Below are positions 16,724-26,163 of a DNA stretch of 37,361 bases, one piece after another. Each line of letters starts with the position of its first letter. The first letter of the stretch is position 1. The notes under the pieces were generated by a model. The model was not told the origin of the DNA. It ran no database searches and saw nothing but the letters and a program-made list of their open reading frames with translations. Both the position numbers and the translations under genes were made by a program. The DNA comes from Candidatus Parvarchaeum sp. (GTDB lineage: Archaea; Nanobdellota; Nanobdellia; Parvarchaeales; Parvarchaeaceae): the NCBI GenBank assembly GCA_049965555.1, contig JBMFWF010000008.1, positions 1 to 37,361 on the forward strand, read 5' to 3'.

Positions 16724-19042
16724 CTATAAAAACCCTTCAAGTGAATTATCTTTCTTGCCCAGGACATCTTCCTCGGAATAGCCTATAACTTCCAGTATCT
16801 GAAGAACCGAAGGCAAAACTTGTTTATATATATAGTAATCAGGATCATATTTTATGCCATTCTTTCTTGCAATGTCATAAAGCACTGCTTTTTCAGACAC
16901 GGTTTCATTGCTTTTGCCTTTTGCTATTATGTACTTTATAGTGTCTCCGCTCACGAATTTCATCCCGCTTTTTTCAACCGCGGATATATGCCTATTTGTC
17001 TGCTGATAAGAAGAAGGATCTTTTCTCAGCCTTGTAAGAATAACCAGTTCCTCAAGGTCTGCCTTCCCTAGCCTTATCCTTTCTATCGTATTTTTCACGG
17101 TTGAAAGTGCAGCTTCTTTGTCATTATCCAAAAGAATTTTTTTAAGCACCTCTTTCTGTAGATTCTTTGCTATCACCGCCCAGTCTCTCCTAACGGACTG
17201 AAAGCCCTTTATTGTTAAATTCCCATTAAAATCAGACATCGCATATTTTTTCTTTGCGCCTATCCCACCCTTTGAACTTACAAATATTGCACGTGTATAG
17301 AATCCCTGAAGCTCCAATTCCATCGGTTTAGGAAGTTTGCTGTTTATAGCAACTATAAAGTCATTCACTGCCCGCTTATCTTCACCAAATTGAAGAAAAG
17401 CAGAATCTGTATCAGCATATAGCACCTTAAATTTATATGAAGAAGCGGTTGATATAACTTCTTGAACATACTTTCTTCCCAATGAAGTTGTTGCACCAGC
17501 ACAATCAAAACAGTACCATCTAGAATTGTAGTATCCTAAATAGCCGTAAAACCCATTTGCTATCAACTTTAAAACAAGTACTCTTGCATTTAGCTGTTTA
17601 TTATCTTTATCTATTTTAAGCAGGTCTTTTGCCTCAAACCTAAGTTTTATTACTTCATCTAAAACGGAAGGTATCAAACCTAGTTTTTTCTCCTTAGGTA
17701 AAAATGTTTTTTCTCCATTGTTGTACTGTATAGTAGAAGGACATATGTTATGAGACACAATTATACTCGGATAAAGACTGCGGAAGTCAACTACTGCGAT
17801 ATTTTCATATAGCCCGGGAGTAGGCTGGAAAACAAATGCGCCTACATTTATTTTCTTTATCCTATCATTAACCTGAAATTCGGAGGGTTTGTTGGGTATC
17901 AATTCGTTTTTTAGTATTGCCTTCTTCATTATAAGATTTTCAACTACAGAGCCTGTGGTCATTCTAGAAACATCTGCAAAAGTCTGCCCAATCAGTTTAT
18001 TTAGCTCAGATATAAGCGGAAAAAGTGCATCGAAGATTAGAAGTGTAACATTCGAATCCTGTATGCAGTAACCGCACAATTCCGTTGCAATCTTATTGTC
18101 GGTAAAAACCTCGTTTATCCTGTCCCAATCAAACTCCCCCTTCCTTTCTCCAGTAATTTCTGCAGCCACTTCTCTAAGGGTAAGCACCTCTGTTTTAAGA
18201 TTGTATATTGAATATATGTTTCTTATGAAATTCAATATATCGACATGTGAAATCCCATTTATCTCTGCTATTTTTCTTTTTTCTCCTTTAATCTTAAGTT
18301 CAAAGCCGTTTATCATGAATTTTATCCCAAGTATCTTTGACCTCTCTGAAATGTAAGGCATATCAAATGAATCTGAGTTGTACCCTACTATCACATTGAA
18401 ATTGTTCGATGACAGTAAATCGGAAAGCTTCAAAATAAGCTCTTTTTCATCCTTTACCTTTATTATATTGTCTCCTTCTGCATTAAGCCAAGTGATACAC
18501 TTTTTCAATCCAGCGCTTACAACAGAAACTGCAATTATTGGATCGGATTTTGCACTGGGAAAAGAACGCTTTGAAAAGGTTTCTATGTCCAAAGCAGCTG
18601 CTTTCATTGGAAAGTTTCCTATTCCTTCGTCTTTTATATTAACAACATAATCTCCTTCGGTTTCTATATTCAAACGGTTAAAAGTTCCTATGCCCTTGTC
18701 AATAAGGTACCGCTTATAAAAAGGTATATCTGCTTCGTAGGTAGGGAAACTAAGCTGCTTTATCTTCGGCACATCTTCAGGTAATTTGGTAAAAACTTGC
18801 AGCAATTTTTTCTTTTCTCCAAGCAGATATTTTTCAACTTCATTGAAAGAATCTATGAAAGACAAACTCCCAATAGTTTTTTTGAATTCTTCTTCACTTG
18901 CGTCTACATAGCAGTAAGGCCTGAAATTTCTATCGTAGAATATTCTCCTTTCTAGTTTTTCATTTACACAGAAAAGCCGTATTACAGGCATGTTGTCTAT
19001 CACTGTATAATCTGCATCTACAAGAAAGTATGTTCCGGCCAT
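16724..19042 (-). CDS. polB: Family B DNA polymerase, intact and intein-free
   Basis: Exonuclease motifs DIET, GYNSDSFD and YCIQD; polymerase motifs DFRSLYPS, KLIANGFYGY, YADTDS and KKKY; N-terminal YEADIPFYKRYLID. Confidence 0.97.
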   Translation of the reverse strand: MAGTYFLVDADYTVIDNMPVIRLFCVNEKLERRIFYDRNFRPYCYVDASEEEFKKTIGSLSFIDSFNEVEKYLLGEKKKLLQVFTKLPEDVPKIKQLSFPTYEADIPFYKRYLIDKGIGTFNRLNIETEGDYVVNIKDEGIGNFPMKAAALDIETFSKRSFPSAKSDPIIAVSVVSAGLKKCITWLNAEGDNIIKVKDEKELILKLSDLLSSNNFNVIVGYNSDSFDMPYISERSKILGIKFMINGFELKIKGEKRKIAEINGISHVDILNFIRNIYSIYNLKTEVLTLREVAAEITGERKGEFDWDRINEVFTDNKIATELCGYCIQDSNVTLLIFDALFPLISELNKLIGQTFADVSRMTTGSVVENLIMKKAILKNELIPNKPSEFQVNDRIKKINVGAFVFQPTPGLYENIAVVDFRSLYPSIIVSHNICPSTIQYNNGEKTFLPKEKKLGLIPSVLDEVIKLRFEAKDLLKIDKDNKQLNARVLVLKLIANGFYGYLGYYNSRWYCFDCAGATTSLGRKYVQEVISTASSYKFKVLYADTDSAFLQFGEDKRAVNDFIVAINSKLPKPMELELQGFYTRAIFVSSKGGIGAKKKYAMSDFNGNLTIKGFQSVRRDWAVIAKNLQKEVLKKILLDNDKEAALSTVKNTIERIRLGKADLEELVILTRLRKDPSSYQQTNRHISAVEKSGMKFVSGDTIKYIIAKGKSNETVSEKAVLYDIARKNGIKYDPDYYIYKQVLPSVLQILEVIGYSEEDVLGKKDNSLEGFL

Positions 19043-19077
19043 ATAAATTATAGCAGATATGTGTAAAAAAGGTTAAC

Positions 19078-20832
19078 TTATTTAGTAGTTACAGCCTTTG
19101 CGAGGTTTCTTGGATGATCCGGATCTATGTGCTTTGAAAGAGAAACGTAGTATGAAAGAAGCTGTGATATTATTACCTGCGGAACAAAGCTGAATATGCC
19201 AGCAGGCTGTGACCTTATAAGAAAATCAAATACTTCAAGTTTCTCGTTTGCTATTCCAATTATTTTCCCATTTCTTGCCTTTATTTCTTTCAGATTGTTT
19301 ATTTCCCTGTCTTTGAACCTGTCAGATACCAATGCTATGGAGTACGTTCCTCTCGATATCAAGGCAAGCGGCCCGTGCTTAAATGTTGCTGAATCTATAG
19401 CTTCTGCATGTATGTATGTTATCTCTTTCATTTTAAGTGCAGCTTCCATGGCTGAGATATAATCGTTTCCTCTACCAAGAAAAAACAGGTTCTTTTCTCC
19501 CTTTATAGCAGATGCTGCTTCTTTTATTGCATTGTAAACCGAAGGCACAAAAAGGTTATAGAGGTTTATATTCAGAAGATTAAGGTCATTGAGCCCTTCT
19601 TTTTCTTCCCCTTCTGAAAACATTGCTATCAGGCAGGAAAGTATGGCAGACATTGTAAATGTTTTTGTTGCTGCGACCCCTTTCTCATGGCCCGCATTTA
19701 TGTTTATGAAGTAATCTACTGAATTTGCAAGCGTGGAACCTTCTGTGTTTATTATGCCTATTTTTTTATTTTCCTTTATTATTGGCAGCGATTCTATTAT
19801 GTCCATTGTCTCCCCGCTCTGTGATATTATTATAAATATGTCCTCTTTCCCGATTGTCTTTGAATAGTTCAAAAGGTCCTGGGGCTGAACAGCAATCGCG
19901 TCCCTTCCAAGATCTCTAAAAAGACTGGCTGCAATCAGAGCAACATGAAATGAAGAGCCCGATCCGACAAGAAACACTTTTTTAGACAATGAAACTGCTG
20001 ATGCTGCGCTTTTTAGGTATGAAAGATCTGAATTAACCAAATTTGAAATCAGCCTTTGCTGTTCCATTATCTCCTTCATCATGAAATGCCTGTATTTACC
20101 CTTATCTACATCTGAAATCGAAAAATTCACTTCTCTAACTTTGTGTTTACCCAAATTATTAGACTTGAGAACCTTGAAACCTGTTTTGCTTATAGATATT
20201 ACATCGCCATCAAAAAGGTACACTACTTTGTTTGTATGCTTCAAAAAGGAAGGCACGTCGCTTGAAACGAATGTGCCATTTTCCTTAACACCCAAAACAA
20301 GAGGAGAACCATTTTTTACTGCAATGATGTTGTCTGTCGAAGAGTTCATAACAACGAATGAAGAAAATCCTTTTATCTTTTCGGCTGTCGAAATAACCGC
20401 ATCTTCAAAGCTTTTCCCATTTTTCATTTCTTCTTCTATCAAATGTGGAAGAACCTCTGTGTCTGTCTCAGAAGAAAAGATGTGATTTTTTAAACCATCT
20501 TTAAGTTCCTGAAAATTCTCTATTATTCCATTATGAACGACTGCTATTTTTCCGCTGCAATCCAGCAGAGGGTGCGAATTTGCCTTTGTAACCCCTCCAT
20601 GTGTTGCCCACCTTGTATGAGCTATGCTTTTATTTGAACTTTCATCGTTTATTTGGTAAGCCTCTATGATTTTATTTATCCTTCCTGTATCCTTTCTTAC
20701 CTCTATATTGTTGTTTTTGCCTTCAAATGCACATCCGAAACTGTCATAACCTCTATACTCTAAGTTCTTTATGCCCTCCAAGACAAAGGGTATAGAATTC
20801 TCATTTCCGTTATAACCTATGATACCGCACAT
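19078..20832 (-). CDS. glmS: Glutamine--fructose-6-phosphate aminotransferase
   Basis: MCGIIG, LEYRGYDS, HTRWATHG, HNGIIEN, SQSGET, AATKT, KHGP and PRNLAKAVT motifs. Confidence 0.98.
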   Translation of the reverse strand: MCGIIGYNGNENSIPFVLEGIKNLEYRGYDSFGCAFEGKNNNIEVRKDTGRINKIIEAYQINDESSNKSIAHTRWATHGGVTKANSHPLLDCSGKIAVVHNGIIENFQELKDGLKNHIFSSETDTEVLPHLIEEEMKNGKSFEDAVISTAEKIKGFSSFVVMNSSTDNIIAVKNGSPLVLGVKENGTFVSSDVPSFLKHTNKVVYLFDGDVISISKTGFKVLKSNNLGKHKVREVNFSISDVDKGKYRHFMMKEIMEQQRLISNLVNSDLSYLKSAASAVSLSKKVFLVGSGSSFHVALIAASLFRDLGRDAIAVQPQDLLNYSKTIGKEDIFIIISQSGETMDIIESLPIIKENKKIGIINTEGSTLANSVDYFININAGHEKGVAATKTFTMSAILSCLIAMFSEGEEKEGLNDLNLLNINLYNLFVPSVYNAIKEAASAIKGEKNLFFLGRGNDYISAMEAALKMKEITYIHAEAIDSATFKHGPLALISRGTYSIALVSDRFKDREINNLKEIKARNGKIIGIANEKLEVFDFLIRSQPAGIFSFVPQVIISQLLSYYVSLSKHIDPDHPRNLAKAVTTK

Positions 20833-20867
20833 AAAAGTAGTCTAAGCTTTTGTAAGAAGGAAACTTA

Positions 20868-20881
20868 TATTTAAAGCTTTT
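20868..20881 (-). promoter_or_regulatory. BRE-TATA promoter of glmS
   Basis: Minus strand reads AAAAGCTTTAAATA, about 35 nt upstream of the glmS ATG. Confidence 0.6.
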
Positions 20882-20911
20882 ATAATGGTAGTATAGCTCT
20901 AATATTCAACT

Positions 20912-20926
20912 GAAAAGAGTTAAATA
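20912..20926 (+). promoter_or_regulatory. BRE-TATA promoter of the HTH gene/thpR pair
   Basis: GAAAAGAGTTAAATA lies about 45 nt upstream of the ATG at 20972. A GAGG Shine-Dalgarno-like sequence precedes the start. Confidence 0.55.
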
Positions 20927-20971
20927 CTTAAACTAATGTAGTTATAAAAAGTAAGGGAATGAGGTTTTACT

Positions 20972-21892
20972 ATGAAAAGCTATATTCTTAAAAACGACGG
21001 AGAAAACTATTTTGTCAATGACACTAAAATAATCGAAAACATAAATGATGTCAAACCCATAGCCGATGAAAAGGCCGTTTCAATAATGAAAAAACTATCA
21101 AAAAAACCTTATAGCTCAGCAAATTTAGCAAAGGAATTAAAGCTTGATAAAAAAACAGCTGCATTCTACATCGGAAAACTTGCAAAAGCAGGGTTGATAA
21201 GCATAGAGCCACAGAATAATGGAGAGGTAATAAAATCTGCGTATAACTCCTTTTCATATGAAATCAACGACAACAAGATAAAATTCGATCCTAAGATGAA
21301 GACAAAAGAAAACCAGTATGCACTTAATTTTTTCAGCAAATTCATAAACAACGGGAAGTTTGACGGATACATATGCGTTGGAGCATCGGATCCGCATGGA
21401 GAGTACAAGGCAGTAGCAAGAGATTCGCATTACACTGCATACTTGGGTATGTTCTTCGGTCAGTTCATAGATTTGCCGCAGACAATGCCAATAATACTTG
21501 ACACAGACGTTATATCAAAGAACCTTTTCAAAAAGAACCTAATAGTAATCGGCGGACCCGTCACAAACCTCGTAACAAGGGACATAAACAACTTTTTACC
21601 TATAAAGTTCATAAAGGAAGAAGGATGGGGCCTGAAGGACAGGAACGGGATACACATAAGAGATTACGAAGGAACTATAGAGAAGATAAAGAACCCCTTT
21701 GACAAGGACAAGGATATAATACTTATAGGAGGAATTAGAAATGTAGGAACGTTATCGGCAATGCTCGCCGCTACAAGATTTTCAGGCATAACATTCAAAG
21801 GATACAATGGAGAAGTGCCCTGGAGCCTTATGGTAAGAGGGTATGACATAGACGGGGACGGACAGATAGATTCTATAGAAACCGTAAAATGA
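20972..21892 (+). CDS. Winged-HTH (ArsR-like) protein fused to an S-layer-C-like GGPxxN domain; putative regulator
   Basis: IMKKLSKKPYSSANLAKELKLDKKTAAFYIGKLAKAGLI forms the wHTH. It also has NLIVIGGPVTN, ILIGG...GT..A and a C-terminal DIDGDG. Confidence 0.75.
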   Translation: MKSYILKNDGENYFVNDTKIIENINDVKPIADEKAVSIMKKLSKKPYSSANLAKELKLDKKTAAFYIGKLAKAGLISIEPQNNGEVIKSAYNSFSYEINDNKIKFDPKMKTKENQYALNFFSKFINNGKFDGYICVGASDPHGEYKAVARDSHYTAYLGMFFGQFIDLPQTMPIILDTDVISKNLFKKNLIVIGGPVTNLVTRDINNFLPIKFIKEEGWGLKDRNGIHIRDYEGTIEKIKNPFDKDKDIILIGGIRNVGTLSAMLAATRFSGITFKGYNGEVPWSLMVRGYDIDGDGQIDSIETVK

Positions 21893-22371
21893 ACCGTTAC
21901 TTTATATCGATAGAGATACCAGAAGAAACAAAAAAGGAGATAGCCTCATTCTTTTATCCAATACTTGCACAAAACGTTACAGGGAAATTCGTCTCTGTGG
22001 AAAAGCTGCATATCACTGTTCTTTTCCTTGGAAATGTCGAAATTAAGCCAGAACTTTTGGATTTTTTAAAAGGAATTAAGTTCTCAGAAGAACTGAAAAT
22101 CAAGGGGTTGGATGCCTTTCCATCGATTCAGAACATGAAAACAGCGTACGCAAAAGTGTATGGAAACGTTAAAACTCCGTTTGAAGAAGTGTGTTCATTC
22201 TTAAAAATCAAAAGCGATAAAGAGTTTAATCCGCATGTTACTTTGTGCAGAGTAAAGAAAATAATTGGAAGAATAGACCAAAAAGAGTTTGAATCTAAGG
22301 AATTCAAATTCGTTGCCGATTCGCTTCACCTTTTCAACAGTGACTTCATAAATTATTATAAGATTCTATAG
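21889..22371 (+). CDS. thpR: RNA 2',3'-cyclic phosphodiesterase / 2'-5' RNA ligase (2H phosphoesterase)
   Basis: RYFISI start and two HxT motifs (LHITVLFLG, PHVTLCR). ATGA overlap with the upstream gene. Confidence 0.93.
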   Translation: MNRYFISIEIPEETKKEIASFFYPILAQNVTGKFVSVEKLHITVLFLGNVEIKPELLDFLKGIKFSEELKIKGLDAFPSIQNMKTAYAKVYGNVKTPFEEVCSFLKIKSDKEFNPHVTLCRVKKIIGRIDQKEFESKEFKFVADSLHLFNSDFINYYKIL

Positions 22372-22372
22372 A

Positions 22373-22942
22373 TTATTTTTTGCCTGGAGGCTGCCTTGTC
22401 AACGCAAAAACAGCTATTGTCATTGCCATCAAAGTAAGTATAGTTGTTAGAAAAGACGGGCTAGTTAATATTGACATTATGTATGTTGAATTAAGGTCTC
22501 CCGGAAAAGAGGATGTAGAAACTTTAGCTGCCGTGATGTTCGTAGCAGTTGAATTTGCTCCTAAAACCCCTGGATAATAACTTGATACTGTACCAAACGC
22601 TATCAAACCAAAGATAAACATTACAAAAATGACCAATGCAGGAACAAGCGAACTTTTCTTTAGGTAGTCAATTATTGAACTCTGCGGAACCAAGGCCGTA
22701 GAAAGTAGGAATATTACAAGGAAGATGAAGAACATAACAGTTAAAACGTAAGGCAAAAACGCTATCAAAAAACTGACAAAGAAAGAGGACATTAAAGTGA
22801 TTAAACCGACTGCAACGGCTATAAGCGCAGGCACATCTGAACTTGAAAAGAATTTTGAGCGGGCAAGCAGGCCGTATACTAAAGCAAAGACTAAGACAAA
22901 TACTGTTAAATCATACAAACCAAAAGCCGGTAAATTTATCAT
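22373..22942 (-). CDS. Polytopic membrane protein (paralog C)
   Basis: About five TM segments and the motif FVLVFALVYGLLARSKFF.....ALIAVAVG. Confidence 0.8.
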   Translation of the reverse strand: MINLPAFGLYDLTVFVLVFALVYGLLARSKFFSSSDVPALIAVAVGLITLMSSFFVSFLIAFLPYVLTVMFFIFLVIFLLSTALVPQSSIIDYLKKSSLVPALVIFVMFIFGLIAFGTVSSYYPGVLGANSTATNITAAKVSTSSFPGDLNSTYIMSILTSPSFLTTILTLMAMTIAVFALTRQPPGKK

Positions 22943-22951
22943 CTTATCCTC

Positions 22952-23512
22952 CTAGGGATTCTTGCTTGAGCCGCCGCCGCCAAAAGTAAAGGCGATAACA
23001 AAAATTATTATTATCCCCAAGATCAGATACGCTAGGTTAGGGCCTATTAGTGAAGAGCCTATGCTAGAAAGTTCACTCCCTACTCCTGTACTTGAAGGCA
23101 CAAGTGCGTTTGAAAACACTCCCCCTCCTAAAAACAGTATGCCTATCGCTACAACAAAAAGCCATTTTGCATTATTTCCTGTAATGTCGAACTTAAGAAG
23201 GCTTGCGACTATAAGCATAGCCACCAGTATAAGAGCTGTAACAGCAAGAGTAGAAGACATGTATATAAGCACAGGGCTTACCCATGCGACCGTTACTGCG
23301 AAATAGGATATTATAAGCGCGATTAATCCCCTTGCCCCCTTGTTTTTATTGTCCGCAAAGTAGCTTACATTCCTAAGTACAGTACTTAAAATTGCAAGTA
23401 TGAGAAGAAAGGCGAGCCAAAACTCTATAGGATTTGTAACGTTTGGAGGGGTTATAAGACTCAATGCCTTATCAATCTGGGAATACAAAGACCCCGCTGC
23501 CGCTATTACCAT
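22952..23512 (-). CDS. Polytopic membrane protein (paralog B)
   Basis: About five TM segments and the motif FLLILAILSTVLRNVSYF......GLIALIIS. Confidence 0.8.
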   Translation of the reverse strand: MVIAAAGSLYSQIDKALSLITPPNVTNPIEFWLAFLLILAILSTVLRNVSYFADNKNKGARGLIALIISYFAVTVAWVSPVLIYMSSTLAVTALILVAMLIVASLLKFDITGNNAKWLFVVAIGILFLGGGVFSNALVPSSTGVGSELSSIGSSLIGPNLAYLILGIIIIFVIAFTFGGGGSSKNP

Positions 23513-23534
23513 GAATAATTATGGATACTTTTAG

Positions 23535-23549
23535 TATTTAAACTTTTCT
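23535..23549 (-). promoter_or_regulatory. BRE-TATA promoter, probably giving a leaderless transcript of 22952..23512
   Basis: Minus strand reads AGAAAAGTTTAAATA, ending about 23 nt before the ATG. Confidence 0.6.
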
Positions 23550-23577
23550 TTAAATATATTCACTTATAAGTATTCAA

Positions 23578-24141
23578 TTATTTGAATAGGAAATACGCAC
23601 CTATTATGAGCGCAATGAATACAATTATGTATGGAGCATATGTATAAAGATCAGTTGATACTGATTTAGATGAAAGTCCGACAAATCCTAGATTAGCTGT
23701 TACAAGAACCCAGATTATCAATCCTATTGAAATCAGAACGGCTATGATCACTACGATTTTCTTTCCAGACCTGCTCTTTAAAAGCTCGGAACTGCTTCCG
23801 TAGAGCATTGAGCCTATGACTAAAAGCATGAATATAACTATTGCGACTATGCCTACTATTGGAAGTATAAGATAGGTCAACTTGAGCGTATAATTCGTAG
23901 TAGCGAATATTATCCCAAGAACGAACGCTATTATTGCGTCTATGTCGCTTTTCCCCTTGAAGATTTCGCTCCTCTGAAGTACGCCGTAGACTATTGCAAA
24001 GACCAAAAGAAATGGAAAAAGGAAGGATTCTACGCCTGAAAACAGCAATGAAACGCCTGGAGCAGGGGCAGTCAACGTCGTAGTAACATTTGTCTTGTTA
24101 GACGTCAAATTGAAAGCCAGCGCGGCGATATTTTCTAACAT
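23578..24141 (-). CDS. Polytopic membrane protein (paralog A)
   Basis: About five TM segments and the motif FPFLLVFAIVYGVLQRSEIF.....AIIAFVLG. Confidence 0.8.
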   Translation of the reverse strand: MLENIAALAFNLTSNKTNVTTTLTAPAPGVSLLFSGVESFLFPFLLVFAIVYGVLQRSEIFKGKSDIDAIIAFVLGIIFATTNYTLKLTYLILPIVGIVAIVIFMLLVIGSMLYGSSSELLKSRSGKKIVVIIAVLISIGLIIWVLVTANLGFVGLSSKSVSTDLYTYAPYIIVFIALIIGAYFLFK

Positions 24142-24191
24142 ATTAATATTATGACTGGGAGGTATTTAAATAATTGTACTTGCACACGAAT

Positions 24192-24467
24192 ATGAAAAAA
24201 AATAGAAAATCCAAGATTGGAAGGAAAACCCTGCTTTCATTAGCAGTTGTCGGATCTGCTGTCGGAATCGCAATAATAGCAATTGTCTTATTGAACTACT
24301 CTAGTTTTTATGGCAACGGCTTCTACTACGGAAACGTGAAAATAGGAGGAAGCACGCTTTCGCATGAAATAAACAACGATGTATATCTGCTGGTAATAGC
24401 TTCTCTTTTAGTGATTTCCAGCCTATTCCTTTTGTTTAGGGTATTAAGAAACAAGCATAGTTATTAG
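24192..24467 (+). CDS. Small two-TM membrane protein
   Basis: Basic N-terminus and two hydrophobic helices. The ATG at 24192 is preferred over the TTG at 24174. It overlaps the convergent ThiF-like gene by 24 nt. Confidence 0.65.
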   Translation: MKKNRKSKIGRKTLLSLAVVGSAVGIAIIAIVLLNYSSFYGNGFYYGNVKIGGSTLSHEINNDVYLLVIASLLVISSLFLLFRVLRNKHSY

Positions 24468-25334
24468 CTTTCCGGCTTCTTCCTTTGTGTATCCTGTAAA
24501 AAGAAAGTCACCTTCTGAGGAAATAAGTACTGATTTATTATTCTGTTTGAAGATAAGGTACTCGCCGTATAAGAGGCTGCCGGAAAGAATGCTGCTTAAT
24601 TTCTTCAAGTCCAAACTTTTGCCATACGAGAATTTTATGCCTGATGAGCATACCTGCAAGAAGCCGTCTTCAGTCTTTTTTACTGCGCGTTTAACGCATA
24701 CTTCGCATTCGGGATCCCTTTTTAATGTAATATTCAAAACCCTCTTGTCTAAAAGATTAAATAAAAGTATACTGCCGCCCCCTATTCTATTTGAAGCGAA
24801 ATCAATTATTCTTTCCTTCAGGAAATAAACAAAGTCATTTTCAGGAGGTAAAACAATCGATTGGCAGCCTTCTTTTACCTTTCCTATCGAATTCCTAAAA
24901 AGGCAATTGAAGCAGGCTCCATCCCTATAAAAAAACAGAAAAGCTTCTTTTTCATTCAATGATGCAAACACTGCAGCTTTTCCGTGTCTGACGCAGCCAT
25001 CATTTATTATCATCCTGCTTTTCACATTATCAGTAAAATCCGCGATTATATCGTATTCTTTCATCGTTTCAAAGTCATTTTCTGTGAAGTACCTTTCATA
25101 TCCTTTGTATTCTGTCCCGCTGTTTAAAGAATTCAGTTTTTTTACTGCAAAGGCCACCTTTGAAACGGGAGAAGAAAAGTCGCAAGTTTTATAGAAAGGC
25201 TGCGTTACTAAATTGCTTTTCGAGATTATATCGCCATCAAAAATTCCAACTTTTTTGAACATTCCTATTGATTTTTCAAGAAAAGCAGAACCTACTGCGC
25301 CTGCCCCTATGACTAGAATAGACTTATTTTCCAT
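24444..25334 (-). CDS. ThiF/MoeB/HesA family E1-like adenylyltransferase
   Basis: IGAGAVG, DGD.ISKSNL..Q, DFTDN..SR..IND and two CxxC zinc motifs (CFNC, CEVC), plus an extra C-terminal domain. Confidence 0.85.
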   Translation of the reverse strand: MENKSILVIGAGAVGSAFLEKSIGMFKKVGIFDGDIISKSNLVTQPFYKTCDFSSPVSKVAFAVKKLNSLNSGTEYKGYERYFTENDFETMKEYDIIADFTDNVKSRMIINDGCVRHGKAAVFASLNEKEAFLFFYRDGACFNCLFRNSIGKVKEGCQSIVLPPENDFVYFLKERIIDFASNRIGGGSILLFNLLDKRVLNITLKRDPECEVCVKRAVKKTEDGFLQVCSSGIKFSYGKSLDLKKLSSILSGSLLYGEYLIFKQNNKSVLISSEGDFLFTGYTKEEAGKLITMLVS

Positions 25335-25439
25335 TTTATTTAATTGATAATAAGCAAAAAATAAACTTATTTAAATACATAGTATCTCTTAATGAGATAA
25401 ATAAATATATTTATAGGATATAAAATTTTATTAAAGTGT

Positions 25440-25973
25440 ATGTACGAAATTATAACGTTAAGAGATAAGGTAAGGGTCGAGCCGAGCAAGCTGGAAGAAG
25501 ACAGAAAAGAGGCAACCACTGAGATAATAAGAAAAAACTACATAGGAAAGATAATAGAAGACAAGGCTTTGCTGATTGGACTAATTGGTATTGACAGCAT
25601 AGAAGAGGGCATAATAATACCAAATGACGCTTCGATATACTACGACACAATATTCAGGATGCTGGCTTACCTGCCTACTTTACATGAAACGGTTAAAGGC
25701 CAGGTTGTAGAAGTAAGCGAGATAGGCGCAATAGTGAACATCGGCCCGATAGATGGTCTGGTTCACATCTCCCAGACAATGGATGATTTCGTTGACTTCT
25801 CCAAAAACGCACTTACTGGCAGAAGAACAAAAATGACGATAAAAACAGGAGATACTGTTATAGCAAGCATAATAGCCGTAAGCACCAAAGGGATAATGAA
25901 AGTAGGGCTGACAATGCGTTCCCCTGGCCTTGGAAAGCTTGGTTCAAAGAAGAAGGAGGCTGCTAAGAAATAA
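25440..25973 (+). CDS. rpoE1: DNA-directed RNA polymerase subunit Rpo7 (E')
   Basis: DKVRVEP, S1 domain GAIVNIGPIDGLVHISQ, and VGLTMRSPGLGK. Confidence 0.96.
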   Translation: MYEIITLRDKVRVEPSKLEEDRKEATTEIIRKNYIGKIIEDKALLIGLIGIDSIEEGIIIPNDASIYYDTIFRMLAYLPTLHETVKGQVVEVSEIGAIVNIGPIDGLVHISQTMDDFVDFSKNALTGRRTKMTIKTGDTVIASIIAVSTKGIMKVGLTMRSPGLGKLGSKKKEAAKK

Positions 25974-25975
25974 TC

Positions 25976-26161
25976 ATGACATTGAAAGCATGCAGAGTTT
26001 GCAATTTTTTGACTGAAGAAAGGAAATGCCCTATGTGCGGCAGCGAGGACCTCTCGCTTAAATGGAAGGGAGTGGTTATAGTATCAGACAGCGAACGCTC
26101 GATAATAGCAAAGACGATGAATATTGGAAAAAACGGCAAGTACGCCATTTCTGTTGAGTAG
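25976..26161 (+). CDS. spt4: Transcription elongation factor Spt4 (RpoE'')
   Basis: ACRVC...CPMCGS...WKG.V....S.IAK...GKYA pattern; conserved position after rpoE1. Confidence 0.95.
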   Translation: MTLKACRVCNFLTEERKCPMCGSEDLSLKWKGVVIVSDSERSIIAKTMNIGKNGKYAISVE

Positions 26162-26163
26162 AT

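Noticed and set aside
16724-19042. Split or intein-containing PolB as in Nanoarchaeum
   Set aside because: It is a single 772-aa ORF with all motifs at normal spacing.
24192-24467. Small membrane protein as another pilin (KIG|RKT)
   Set aside because: Charged residues follow the Gly and a second TM helix is present, which does not fit a class III signal peptide.
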